This document shows, in pieces, positions 1-9,317 of a DNA stretch of 64,000 bases. A program made the translations under genes and the position numbers. A model generated the notes under the pieces. It had not been told where the DNA came from, did not search any database, and saw nothing but the letters and a program-made list of their open reading frames with translations. The DNA is from Rhodosorus marinus CCMP1338 (taxonomy: Eukaryota > Plantae > Rhodophyta). The first letter of the stretch is position 1, and each line of letters begins with the position of its first letter. Location: assembly GCA_029953675.1 (NCBI GenBank), contig JAMWBK010000008.1, forward strand, positions 1,116,001 to 1,180,000, written 5' to 3'.

Positions 1-352
1 CCCACCCTCGCCCTTTGTCGAAGTGAACATGAGCCGTGCTTTCGGTTTTCGGAATCATGGGCATGATCGAGCCAACTTCCTCCATCTCAGACGTTGCCAG
101 GAAATCTCCCTCGTCCTCCTCGACTTCGTCCTTGCCAGAAGTCATATTCTCCAACTGCTTCACTATCCTTACAGATACCGGCGCATGTCCTATGGGTTCA
201 GGACGGAATGACTCTTTTTTCTTCAGTGCATTTTGGGCCTTTCCTCCGTCCACTAAAGGAGTAGTTTCTGAACTCATTCCAGCCTCAACATCCTTCTCAT
301 CGAAAAACTGAATTTTCTTTAAGCCTTCCTTCTGGTATTCCATGTTTTCCAT
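1..352 (-). CDS. 5' part of a hypothetical protein running off the window start; possibly the cytosolic N-terminus of a membrane transporter
   Basis: Hand translation from the ATG at 352: MENMEYQKEGLKKIQFFDEKDVEAGMSSETTPLVDGG...DKGRGW, open to base 1. It is absent from the ORF track because there is no stop in the window. The DVEAG..ETTPL-type leader is common in transporter N-termini (inference). Confidence 0.55.
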   Translation of the reverse strand, partial: MENMEYQKEGLKKIQFFDEKDVEAGMSSETTPLVDGGKAQNALKKKESFRPEPIGHAPVSVRIVKQLENMTSGKDEVEEDEGDFLATSEMEEVGSIMPMIPKTESTAHVHFDKGRGW

Positions 353-559
353 ACAAGTTCAACCTCAATACCCTTCCAAAAAGAAAAAAAACGCCTTGAC
401 TAGACCCCGCTCAAGATCGAGTAATCTCCGGCAGACCCTCTCTTACTTTGCAAACTCTTTCCAGTGCTCTCTCTCTCAGATACTTTCGATATTAACTCTA
501 ACAAACGTACTTCACACAAGCCCAAATCATCGAGCAGAAATTCCTAAGTAAACCTGTTC

Positions 560-2361
560 ATCGTTCAGCTTCCGTATCCACATCCTACCGATTCCAGTCT
601 CATCCCCCCCCCAAACCTCAGTACTCTACGATTCCCAGATTTCTAACGGATTCGGAGCTTAAGAGTACTAGTACTATATATATTACCAATCCAGAAAGTA
701 CTGAAGGATCGGAATGGATAGAGACTCTTCCAGGAAATGATCCAGCTTCAGGATGGCTAGTTCAAGTTTGGATTTCAAAATTCATGACAAGGGGTTGCAG
801 AGATATGTTCTTCTCAGATCTGGACCGACGACAAGAGTACATCAGCAAAGCAAGGATAAGCAGCCGAATTCGCGGGACAACGCACGGGTAGGTATCGAGT
901 AGGAGATGCAGCTCGATCGAATCTTGGGTATCAATATCTCATAAGAAACGATTCAATAGATCCATCGTTCTGAGGTTGTATGTATTGCAAAGACAGCAAC
1001 AGCCACAGAAAGCGACTCTGAATGCAAAAACTAGTACACAAACGTATTCAGAGTCTTTTTTCAGCGACAACCATCCGTCGTATGTAGGACTGCCAATTCA
1101 ATCTTGAATGTCAGAACCGAAATGTTTGATTGGAATATGACCTTAGCAGGTCTTGTATCTGGTTTAGAGCACTCCTACTCTCGCTAGCCGTTCCCCCATC
1201 TCTCTGTTTGGTTCCGCATGTCAAAGACTTTGGGTGGTGTGGGTAACGTGGGTCGCGAACGTTATGCAACGTTGGGAATTTTACACTTCCACACTTTTTA
1301 TACTTTAGTACTTTTAGTACTTTAGTACTTTTATTGCTTTTTTATAATTTGTTTTACTTTTTTACCTTAAAAAGGGCGATAATGGATATTTTGAAATGGG
1401 ACGAGAGAATTGGTTTTTTATTGCACGGACTTAGAAATTAGCTCCCAGCGTGGTACGATGGCTGTAGCTTTAAAGATCTCTCTATCGTCTTTCGTTATGG
1501 CTAGCGTGCTATTTCCTAAAGATCTAATTCTAAAACCTTTTTCCATTAGACGGCTAAGGCTGATACCGTTGAGCCCCCTCCTAGTAGTTATATTTTGTCT
1601 GCAGAACACGAAGTATCTCCTCTTGTGTCTAGCTCCACCGTGCCCACTTCGTTAGTGTATCGGTGTACCCGACCCCGATTGTGACATCGTTGAACCATTC
1701 GCTTGGGAACATCGGGGTTCACTAGAAGACTAAGGCTGATTACGCTTATATATATAGCTCTATATCGACCTTTTTTACGGGCCATTGCCGAGCGACGTCA
1801 CTGTGCCAGACACCCGCTGAACGTTTCCGACTTTCGGCATGATCCACCGCCACTCGTTGCCGTCATCTTTGTCCGCTCGCAGCTAGAACACTCAAACCTC
1901 ACAGGCACTGGATTGCTCACGTCTACCCCTCCGTCGTCTTGGAGTTCCTTATCTCATACGCGCTGCGATGCAGATTTGAAGACAATCTGTTCATTATGCT
2001 ACCCTTAAACGTGCTTCTGGACCGTTTACTAATTGTGCAGTAAACTCCAGAGGTTTAGTTGATAGTGTAGGTGTAGGTTCTCGTTAGCTTCGTGCGCTCT
2101 TTCGTAGCAACCCAGGGCGGCTTGAGAGCCTCCTCGCGGAGCTCTCTTTGGCCCTTTGGCGTTCCAACGCTGCTTTATTGTTGGACACGCGTCATCAGCT
2201 TCTTGTTTCTCGCTTTTCAGGGTAGTTCGGCTCTGAATAAACTGATGGCTGAAACTCCAGAAGGCGTCATGTAAATCTTGAAAATGGTCCATGTAAATGC
2301 AGGTGGGAAATTGTGAAACTGGGAACTCCCTACCTAGCCTTTTGCGATCGATCCAACCCAA
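560..2361 (-). mobile_element. Degenerate Ty1/copia LTR-retrotransposon remnant (gag-protease-integrase part; RT/RNase H not seen)
   Basis: Minus-strand fragments interrupted by stops and frameshifts, in copia order. Gag-like segment at 2361-2029. Protease/pre-integrase-like GTVELDTRG and GLNGISLSRLMEKGFRIRSLGNSTLAITKDDREIFKA at 1650-1450 (cf. copia NLLSVSQLxxKGxxVxF). Integrase-like FVY*FLHSES (cf. WVYFLKxKSE), QPQNDGSIES (cf. PQQNGxAER) and REFGCL (cf. RVFGCL) at about 1080-840. No LTR pair or PBS identified. Confidence 0.7.
1279..1368. repeat. Short degenerate T-rich tandem array (TTTTACACT/TTTAGTACT-like units) inside the copia remnant
   Basis: Seen directly: ttttacacttccacactttttatactttagtacttttagtactttagtacttttattgc. 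Composition resembles the array at 2372-2678. Confidence 0.65.
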
Positions 2362-2371
2362 TGACTTTTAA

Positions 2372-2678
2372 TAGTTTTTCCACTTTTTCAACTTTTTACA
2401 CCTTTTACACTTTTTACACCTTTTACACCTATTACACTTTTTACACCTTTAAACTTGTTACACTTTTTACACTTTTTCCACTTTTTCCACTTTTTCCACT
2501 TTTTACACTTTTTCCACCTGTTACACTTTTTACACCTGTTACACTTTTTACACTTTTTACACTTTTTACACTTTTTACACCTTTTACACCTTTTACACCT
2601 TTTACACCTTTTACACCTTTTACACCTTTTACACCTTTTACACCTTTTACACCTTTTACACCTTTTACACTTTTTATA
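2372..2678. repeat. 9-bp minisatellite, consensus CYTTTTACA, roughly 33 units
   Basis: Ten perfect CCTTTTACA copies at 2580-2669, preceded by the variants CTTTTTACA, CTTTTTCCA, CCTGTTACA and CCTATTACA. It explains the TPF/TLF/HLL repeat ORFs. Confidence 0.95.
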
Positions 2679-3088
2679 GAACTTTTTGATTGTGGTACCC
2701 CTCGAGGTGGAGGAGTGACGCCTGGATATGGCGTTGGAAGGCAGTAAGAGAGTATGAGAGCTGTTTCAAGCAGCCGATCTTAGGCAGTAGTCAGCTCGAA
2801 GCGTGGAGAAGGCACTTGATAAAGGCGTTTTAATATTCTTTGGACGTTAGTGTTGTTGAGAATGGCAGTTTCTGAAAAGGGTTTGAAGAGGATGCACGAT
2901 GTGTGACGGAGATGCTTCTTGGGCCTGTGAGCTGGTTTGAGGGTTGTCTTTTGATGGGCTTGCGGAAGTGTGTCGATGTTCTCTTTGGGGTTTGGTGGAT
3001 AGGACTCGGAGGGTGCACTGGGCTGGGAAACGGGTGGTGGACTGCGCTGTAGCTGTTGAGCAGGTTCGGGGCGGAATTTAGGAACACC

Positions 3089-3562
3089 ATGAGTGAAGAG
3101 GAACACTCGACGGGCATCTCTTCGAGGGGCGCTTTTGTTTCTGTATTTATGGGAGCGGTGATAGGGCGTTCCACGGGAAGGAGGGACAGCGTTTCTGTGT
3201 TTGCGGACCCGTCGATGAGGAGTTCCTCTGGAGCGAGTGACACGCGAACTTGCAGAGTGTGCAAGAAGCAGTTTACAGTTGATGAAAACCATCCTCGCGC
3301 TTGTCGGTTTCATCCAGGTCCGTGGATGGGAGCTGAGAACTCGAAGCACTATGGCATTGGGGCCAAAGATTCCGAGTAAGTTAGAGGGCGGAACAACTGC
3401 TACGATGCACGCATCGTAGTTACACTATTCTGAGAGATCTATCGTTTCCACGTGATGGTCAGCTTTAGGAGCGGAGTTTCCTATTTTCACGATTGCTGCG
3501 ATGCTGAAAGTCCCGACGCACCTGGTTGCACTCTTGGGCCCCATGTTTCTTATGATGATTGA
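3089..3562 (+). CDS. Small Cys/His-rich (CHORD/BTK-like zinc-binding) protein, 128 aa, 2 exons (3089-3375, 3463-3562)
   Basis: Spliced product ...CRVCKKQFTVDENHPRACRFHPGPWMGAENSKHYGIGAKDSD-FRSGVSYFHDCCDAESPDAPGCTLGPHVSYDD*. Donor GTAAGT at 3376, acceptor CAG at 3462, frame conserved. The N-terminus is Ser/Arg-rich with AFVS, a possible transit peptide. Confidence 0.8.
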
Positions 3563-3815
3563 CAGAATACTTTTGACGCATCATCGGATTTTATCACTTC
3601 CCAGCCATTTGAACACAGGGGGAAGAATCGTAGATACGAACGGGCGGTACATTGAGCAATGAAGCCCTCCTTGAGGCCCATCTAAACAGGTTCCCACTAC
3701 TGGAAAGCTGCAGCACGCTGGCGTCTGATGAACACCTTAATCTTCGTTGTGCTTCAGAACAGGGTGTTCTACGGTTTATCCGTTTTATGGACTATTTATA
3801 GGTAGCGAAATGGGG

Positions 3816-4659
3816 TTAATCTGGTTCACAAGAACCATCTATTAGGGTGAAGTTAGTCATGACAATAATTGTGAAGGTTGCAAAGGTTGCAACGGCGCTG
3901 ACCAGGACTGGTATTAGACCGATGTCAGAGGGCACGAGCATATTGTAGTTGACGCGTTTCGAGACTCTGTGTATGACGAAGTAGCGCCAGAAGCCCACTA
4001 AAAGGAATACTATGGCTACGATACAGGCCGCAATAGCGCAATTCCGGATCAAAGTAACATCATCACAAAAGACCAGAAAGTTGATGGCCACTGCGAAAAT
4101 AAGCAACTAGAAGAACAACCGGCGAACGCAGCCATGGATCAGATACCATGTGCAGATGAGGGATATCGTGGCATGTTTTACCTGAACGGCGCATCGTATC
4201 CAGGCGTTGAAGACTCGAACCTAGTGGGGAATCACAAGGAACTCAGCAGTTTAGTTCTTGTTTGTGGCGTATTTCGGGGGAAATCAGTGAAGGCAATGAG
4301 CTCACGTTAAATAGATGAGTAAGAATTCTTCCATCCTCCGGAAGAGCATATTTATCGAGGTCCCTGGAGAGCAGCATGAGGATTCCGTTAAAGATCCGTC
4401 TTCTGTCGCTCATGTTTGTCACACCTAGCTCATCCCGTAGGTCCTTCAAGCTCAAACTCTTCAGCATCGACACGTCCACCGTCTGTTCTACAAACGCGGC
4501 AGAATACGAGCCCATTCCAATCCTCTCCAGCCATTCTACCACGGCATCCGTGTCATCTCCATCAACGGAAACTACCAGATTCTCCTCTCCATCCTCCCAA
4601 ATAGAATGATCAAAACCATAGAGTTTCTTGTACCATATCCTCAACCTCCCCATCTCCAT
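3816..4659 (-). CDS. SAM domain + DUF202 (YidH/VTC1-like) three-TM membrane protein, 227 aa, 3 exons (4659-4306, 4220-4182, 4106-3816)
   Basis: SAM: VVEWLERIGMGSYSAAFVEQTVDVSMLKSLSLKDLRDELGVTNMSDRRRIFNGI. After splicing, ILTHLFNVRVFNAWIRCAVQLLIFAVAI matches the DUF202 pattern LxNERTFLAWIRTSLAL, followed by two more hydrophobic helices. Both introns are GT-AG and phase 0. Confidence 0.8.
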
Positions 4660-5095
4660 TCCTCTCCTGGTTCGTCAGATGTCCACACCAAAGCCAAACC
4701 AACGCTTCAGCTCACCATCCTGTAAAACATGTATCCTCCACGAAACATCATTTCTTCAACCTCCCCTTCTGCCACCCAGAGCTCTTCCTCTCCGATCCAA
4801 CTTCCCACGGTCCAGCCAAACTTTTGGACTCCTGTGTTGTAAGTTCACGTATACCTATCCATTGCCTCCCACTACTTCCTTACCTTCCCTACGACAGTGT
4901 AGAAAAACCCTCCCCACTCTCAACGTACCCTTCCAAGTGCCATTTCTTCACTAACAACGCTGCCAGTGGAGAGATGTCCTTTCAGGTACTCACAATCCCA
5001 CCAAAGGGGGGTTAGCTCAGTAGCTTACTAATGGAATTCATGGAAACTCTTGTCTGCAGTCTCTTGCTGTGCTGACCTGCAGCTAGTTCCCACTC

Positions 5096-5470
5096 TCAAA
5101 CCTTATGGACCTCCAGAGTCTCAATGTACTCTTGTCTGTGACGTTCGTTGGCAATAAGCAGGTGCGTTAGGAACATCCAATACAGTTTCACAGTAAAACC
5201 CAATACTGACAGTTCGCTATCGAGCAGCTCAAAAACTAGGTGTCCACTTGAATTTGTAAGAGGAGGATCGAGGATTTCGCAAGTGGACTCTGATAGAGTT
5301 GAGGAAGCTCGGTTAAACCCGAATTCAACTCTGATCTTTTGTGGATCCTGCTGTTTTGATCCTGGGTTTTTATTTTTATTTTTTCTCTTCTTGTATCGGT
5401 GGAGTGCGGTGTTCTTGTCCACGTAGTTGATGCGTAGTCGTATAAACTGGATTGGATTTGGAAATCCCTG
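5096..5470 (-). CDS. Possible exon of a hypothetical protein
   Basis: Open frame GFPNPIQFIRLRINYVDKNTALHRYKK...EYIETLEVHK after a putative acceptor; no family recognised. Confidence 0.25.
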   Translation of the reverse strand, partial: QGFPNPIQFIRLRINYVDKNTALHRYKKRKNKNKNPGSKQQDPQKIRVEFGFNRASSTLSESTCEILDPPLTNSSGHLVFELLDSELSVLGFTVKLYWMFLTHLLIANERHRQEYIETLEVHKV

Positions 5471-5850
5471 CTTTTTTCGAGGACAGAATTAAGGGGACAG
5501 TTGGCAAGTGTTTCGTTGCTGCACTTGGGCTTTCAGGTTGTTGACCAATACCGTGCCATTCGTATACAAGTCCGGTTGAAGTACGCTGGATTAGGTTTTG
5601 AGGCTCGGTTCACGAGCATTGTCTTCCGTTTTTTTGTTTCGGGTTGAATTGGTGAAAATCGGCATCGACCATCGGAATCCATGTGATAATCGATTCCAGT
5701 GGACTGGATTTGAAGGTCCGTTCTTTTTTCTCCAGCCAGACTTGGGAAGGGTGCCTAGCGTTGCCCTGGGCGTTTATCATTGCTCTTCATTTTCTGGAGA
5801 TCGTTCGGGTCGGGTTTGTGAAGATCGTACCTGTGCGGGCTTTGAGAAAG

Positions 5851-7512
5851 ATGGACGCTGAGTTTGGGGATAGAGTTCAGTGCGAAGTGACTTCAAAGTT
5901 GAAGAGCTCCTGGATATCGACTGGGTCCCAACTGCTTGCATCGGTTTCGGTTCGCATCGGAACTGGCAGTGTTTCAGAAAGTGCGAGTGATGTGACGAGT
6001 GCGAGACCTGCGTCTTTGTTGAGCGCAGGGTCTAGGGGTGGATATTCTGCACAGTTTAATGTAAAGAGGTGCGTTGTCGATGATACCTACTTCGAGGAGC
6101 AGGAGCTTGGGAGGAGTGAAGTCGGAGCAAACGAAGAAAACAAAGCCGATGAAAGCCGGAGAAGAAAACGGCTGGCTGAGTTTACTCAGAAGCAAGGCAT
6201 GGTGAAGCTGAGCTATATTGTATGCGAAGTATCGGGACGATGGATTTGTGACAGTGCCTGGGTAGCTCAAGATGCACACGAATCCTCCAAAGAGCTCGAA
6301 GACATTGGTAGGTATGGCGACGTACCCTGGGCTGGAGCTCTTGACGACGCCTCCCACTACGGCGGTGGCGGCAAGAGGGGCTACTCCGGATTCATTTTTC
6401 GATCAAAGCCGCACATCATCGCGACCGAGGAGAAAGTTCTTTCTGGATCGCAGACAATCTATGACGTATCCTGCGAGTTTCCGGAGACATTGCCTCCATC
6501 ATTACGGGGAACCGCCGTTCGATACTCCTATGCTCTCGCGATCGTGGTCTCTTTTGACTCCTGTACACCGAAATCGTTGAGAATACCAATTCGAGTAGTC
6601 TTGTCATCTCCGCCCGCGGATGAGATTATTCCTGTGCCGTACACCAAACCTGAGGAGCCGGAAAGAAGCCAGTTTCAATCGAAATGTGGTCCCACAGACC
6701 CATTGACGATGAGATCTCATTCACTCGCTTCACTTCCTCCTCACGATGTGGATCTAGCCCTCGCTCTCTCCGTGAACGGCAGATTAACACCGTACCGCTC
6801 GGACAATGAGATTGGAGCGGCTGAGGACCTCCTGTCAGATCAGGAATCGCTCATGATGAGCTTTCGGCCGCAGCAAGCAGGAGCACGATTTCAGAACGGT
6901 GGAGTAGAAGTGGGAACTGCGAGCCCAAGCGTTCGGACTCTGGATTCCGTGCAGGAGCCCCGCTCTGCGCGTGATACGCTCCCCGTCTACGTGCTGAAGA
7001 AGGGCAATAAGAAGATTGGGAGACTTTTTCTTCCGAAAACTGTGCATGAGCTTGGAGAAACTTTAACTGCGATATTCGACTTTTCCGAAGGAGAAATCCC
7101 ATGCTACCGGCTGATCGCGTCCTTGGAAATGAAAGAGATCGTCAATCCTGCGTACGCCCTGGGAAGTAAAGATCGACCTGCAAAAAGTGACGAATACGGG
7201 AGGACGTTTAAGAAGGTTTACGGTGAGCATAGCGAGTATGTGAGTCAAGCCCTTAACACTTACTTGGTCCTTTCAATACCGAGGGACGCTGCGGTCTGTT
7301 TCCAAACGAGCGCTGTGAAGGTGATGTGGGAGCTGATTTTCGCGTTCTACACACCTAGCGATGAAAGAATTGAACAAGAGTCCACCTCACGTACCGATGA
7401 ATCGTGGTACATACCGGAAAAGGAAACCGAGGTTCTTAACTGGACCCTACCGCTGGACGTTGTTGGCCCATCAGGGGACCCCTCGGAGAAAAGAGCACAA
7501 GTTATGTCCTAA
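5851..7512 (+). CDS. RGP1: Rgp1-family protein (Ric1-Rgp1 Rab6/Ypt6 GEF subunit)
   Basis: Long ORF with the first plausible ATG at 5851. Motifs YDVSCEFPETLPPSLRGTAVRYSYALAI, FQTSAVKVMWELIFAF and VLNWTLPLDV match the Rgp1 pattern (LPPSFRG..RYSY; LxWxLxFEF; FxWDLPI). Confidence 0.8.
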   Translation: MDAEFGDRVQCEVTSKLKSSWISTGSQLLASVSVRIGTGSVSESASDVTSARPASLLSAGSRGGYSAQFNVKRCVVDDTYFEEQELGRSEVGANEENKADESRRRKRLAEFTQKQGMVKLSYIVCEVSGRWICDSAWVAQDAHESSKELEDIGRYGDVPWAGALDDASHYGGGGKRGYSGFIFRSKPHIIATEEKVLSGSQTIYDVSCEFPETLPPSLRGTAVRYSYALAIVVSFDSCTPKSLRIPIRVVLSSPPADEIIPVPYTKPEEPERSQFQSKCGPTDPLTMRSHSLASLPPHDVDLALALSVNGRLTPYRSDNEIGAAEDLLSDQESLMMSFRPQQAGARFQNGGVEVGTASPSVRTLDSVQEPRSARDTLPVYVLKKGNKKIGRLFLPKTVHELGETLTAIFDFSEGEIPCYRLIASLEMKEIVNPAYALGSKDRPAKSDEYGRTFKKVYGEHSEYVSQALNTYLVLSIPRDAAVCFQTSAVKVMWELIFAFYTPSDERIEQESTSRTDESWYIPEKETEVLNWTLPLDVVGPSGDPSEKRAQVMS

Positions 7513-8342
7513 CTGTTTTGGAGCTGTGGCCCTTCTGAGAGCAACAGACTGAGGAAATCACGCAAGAGTCGAACATCCTGAGAGTTGAGACACGGTGTGT
7601 GAAAACGAAACACAAGGCAGCTGAGAGCACGCTTCAAGTGCAAAACGAACATGCTGAGAAGGGGCTGAGCTAGGACGGCGCAGACTGCAGCCACCTACAC
7701 GAGAGGGCGTATTCAAACTCCGTGATACATTCTGGTATTGTGCAAATACCGAGTGAGTTTCCGTATATAAATACAAGCCGGCCAGTACTTTTAGACTGAA
7801 TGATGTGATTGGCATGACAACAGTCCATCTTCGGCTTCATTGATCTGGCATTGAGCTCTGGCTGAATAAAAAGTTTTGGCAAGTGCCGTATGAGTGTATG
7901 AAAGTGGAGCGCAAAGGCGATATACATCTGGCGCTGTTGTTGCACGAACGCAGGTATCAGATGCAATGGATACATTATTCTACATGACAGTGTTGAGGCA
8001 TCTGCTGTTGTTTAGGGGGGCAAAAGCTATTCCGGAAAGGAGCTATTCAATTTCTGCAATACCTTTTGAATTTTGTTTGGATGACTGTGAGCTTGCAACC
8101 TTGCTTTCCCCCCCTCTATTCCAACGGCGAGCCTGTGTCGGTGGGGGAAGGGGGGGTGGGGTGGGGTGGGGTACGGGAAGGAACGGAATAGCTTGTCTTC
8201 TAGCAACACAAAGTCGTGATCGGTTCCTGGGCGAAATAAAAGTAGTCAGATCCTTAAAATACACCTGAGCATTCATCACCCCGCGCCCCTGCTTGATAAT
8301 TGTTTTTGAATATTTCCACGTATTTGTCCAAAATTCTTTCAT
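7509..8342 (-). CDS. Possible multi-exon hypothetical gene (structure unresolved)
   Basis: Plausible first exon MKEFWTNTWKYSKTIIKQGRGVMNAQ and last exon DVRLLRDFLSLLLSEGPQLQNS*. I could not join them in a consistent phase. Confidence 0.2.
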
Positions 8343-9317
8343 TCTGTTCGTTTCGAGGGACCGAGATTGTACCAGATTGGTGAAAAGCATATGAAAATTT
8401 GAAGAAATCCATTTATTTTGATTGAGAAGATGGAGCATCGACCTCTTATATTCTCGGGAATTTATAATTTTCTTTTTTATTTAGAGACGGGTCTCGATTG
8501 CTTTCTCTTTCCTTAATAGAAAAATTTCACGGCCGTGGAGAGGAGTCCGACCCTTATCGGCCCTGTAGGGCACCTTTGGCCCACACCCCCCCGCTGTTTG
8601 AGATTTAGTAAGATTTACATATATTTACCATTTTACCCCCCTCTCCCCTTTAAGATAGAAACTCAAGCGTAAAGGGGGAATCGTGCTGTACCTGTAAGGT
8701 GCACAAATATAGATCCTCAGTTTCTAGTAAATTCAAAAAATAAGAAGTGTTTCTGGAGATGGGTGGCGAGGGGCTTGGAATAGTGCAATTGAATTGACTT
8801 GATGTACTATTAGAAAACTCTGAGGGGTTTATGATGGTAGGGTGTCGGGGGGGGGGAGTTTTCCTCTTTTTTTTCTTTTTTTTCAGTGTTTGCACATGTT
8901 GGGATGGTTTTGTTCTGGAAAAAGTAGTTTTTAATGATAAATGAGTAAAATCGCGGATCGTGGGTTTGGGATTGATCTGATGAGCTTTGGAGCGTTTTGT
9001 GAGAGAGAGGTGGGAATAGTTGAGGTTTATGGTGTGTGTGTGGATGATTGTGAATAGAACGGTGCGGGGATTGCTGAATTGGGCAGGCTGGGAAAGACTG
9101 TATGGTGTTTTCCGTTCTTTCGTTTCTGGTGGAGAGGGATCTGTAGTGTTTGGGGAGTTGTGAGGGTGGGCTGGTGGGTCCGTCGTTGGAGGAGGACAAC
9201 TTCATCGTGGAGCTGTGGTGGGGGGAGGGGGTCCAGGGGGAGATTCGGTTTGCTTGGGCCGGGGTCCGAGGGCGTGCAATCTTGGCACGTGGTTAGTACG
9301 GGCTGACGGTGTCGAGG

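Noticed and set aside
2372-2678. CRISPR array or true telomere
   Set aside because: There are no unique spacers and the DNA is eukaryotic. The array is flanked by genes on both sides and does not match a telomere repeat I know.
2313-2747. ORFs 2313-2747 and 2455-2679 (TPF/HLL repeats) as genes
   Set aside because: They are simply translations of the 9-bp minisatellite.
4200-4230. GGTTCGAGTC T-loop-like motif (tRNA candidate) on the minus strand
   Set aside because: It spans the splice acceptor and exon 2 of the SAM-DUF202 gene and has no cloverleaf.
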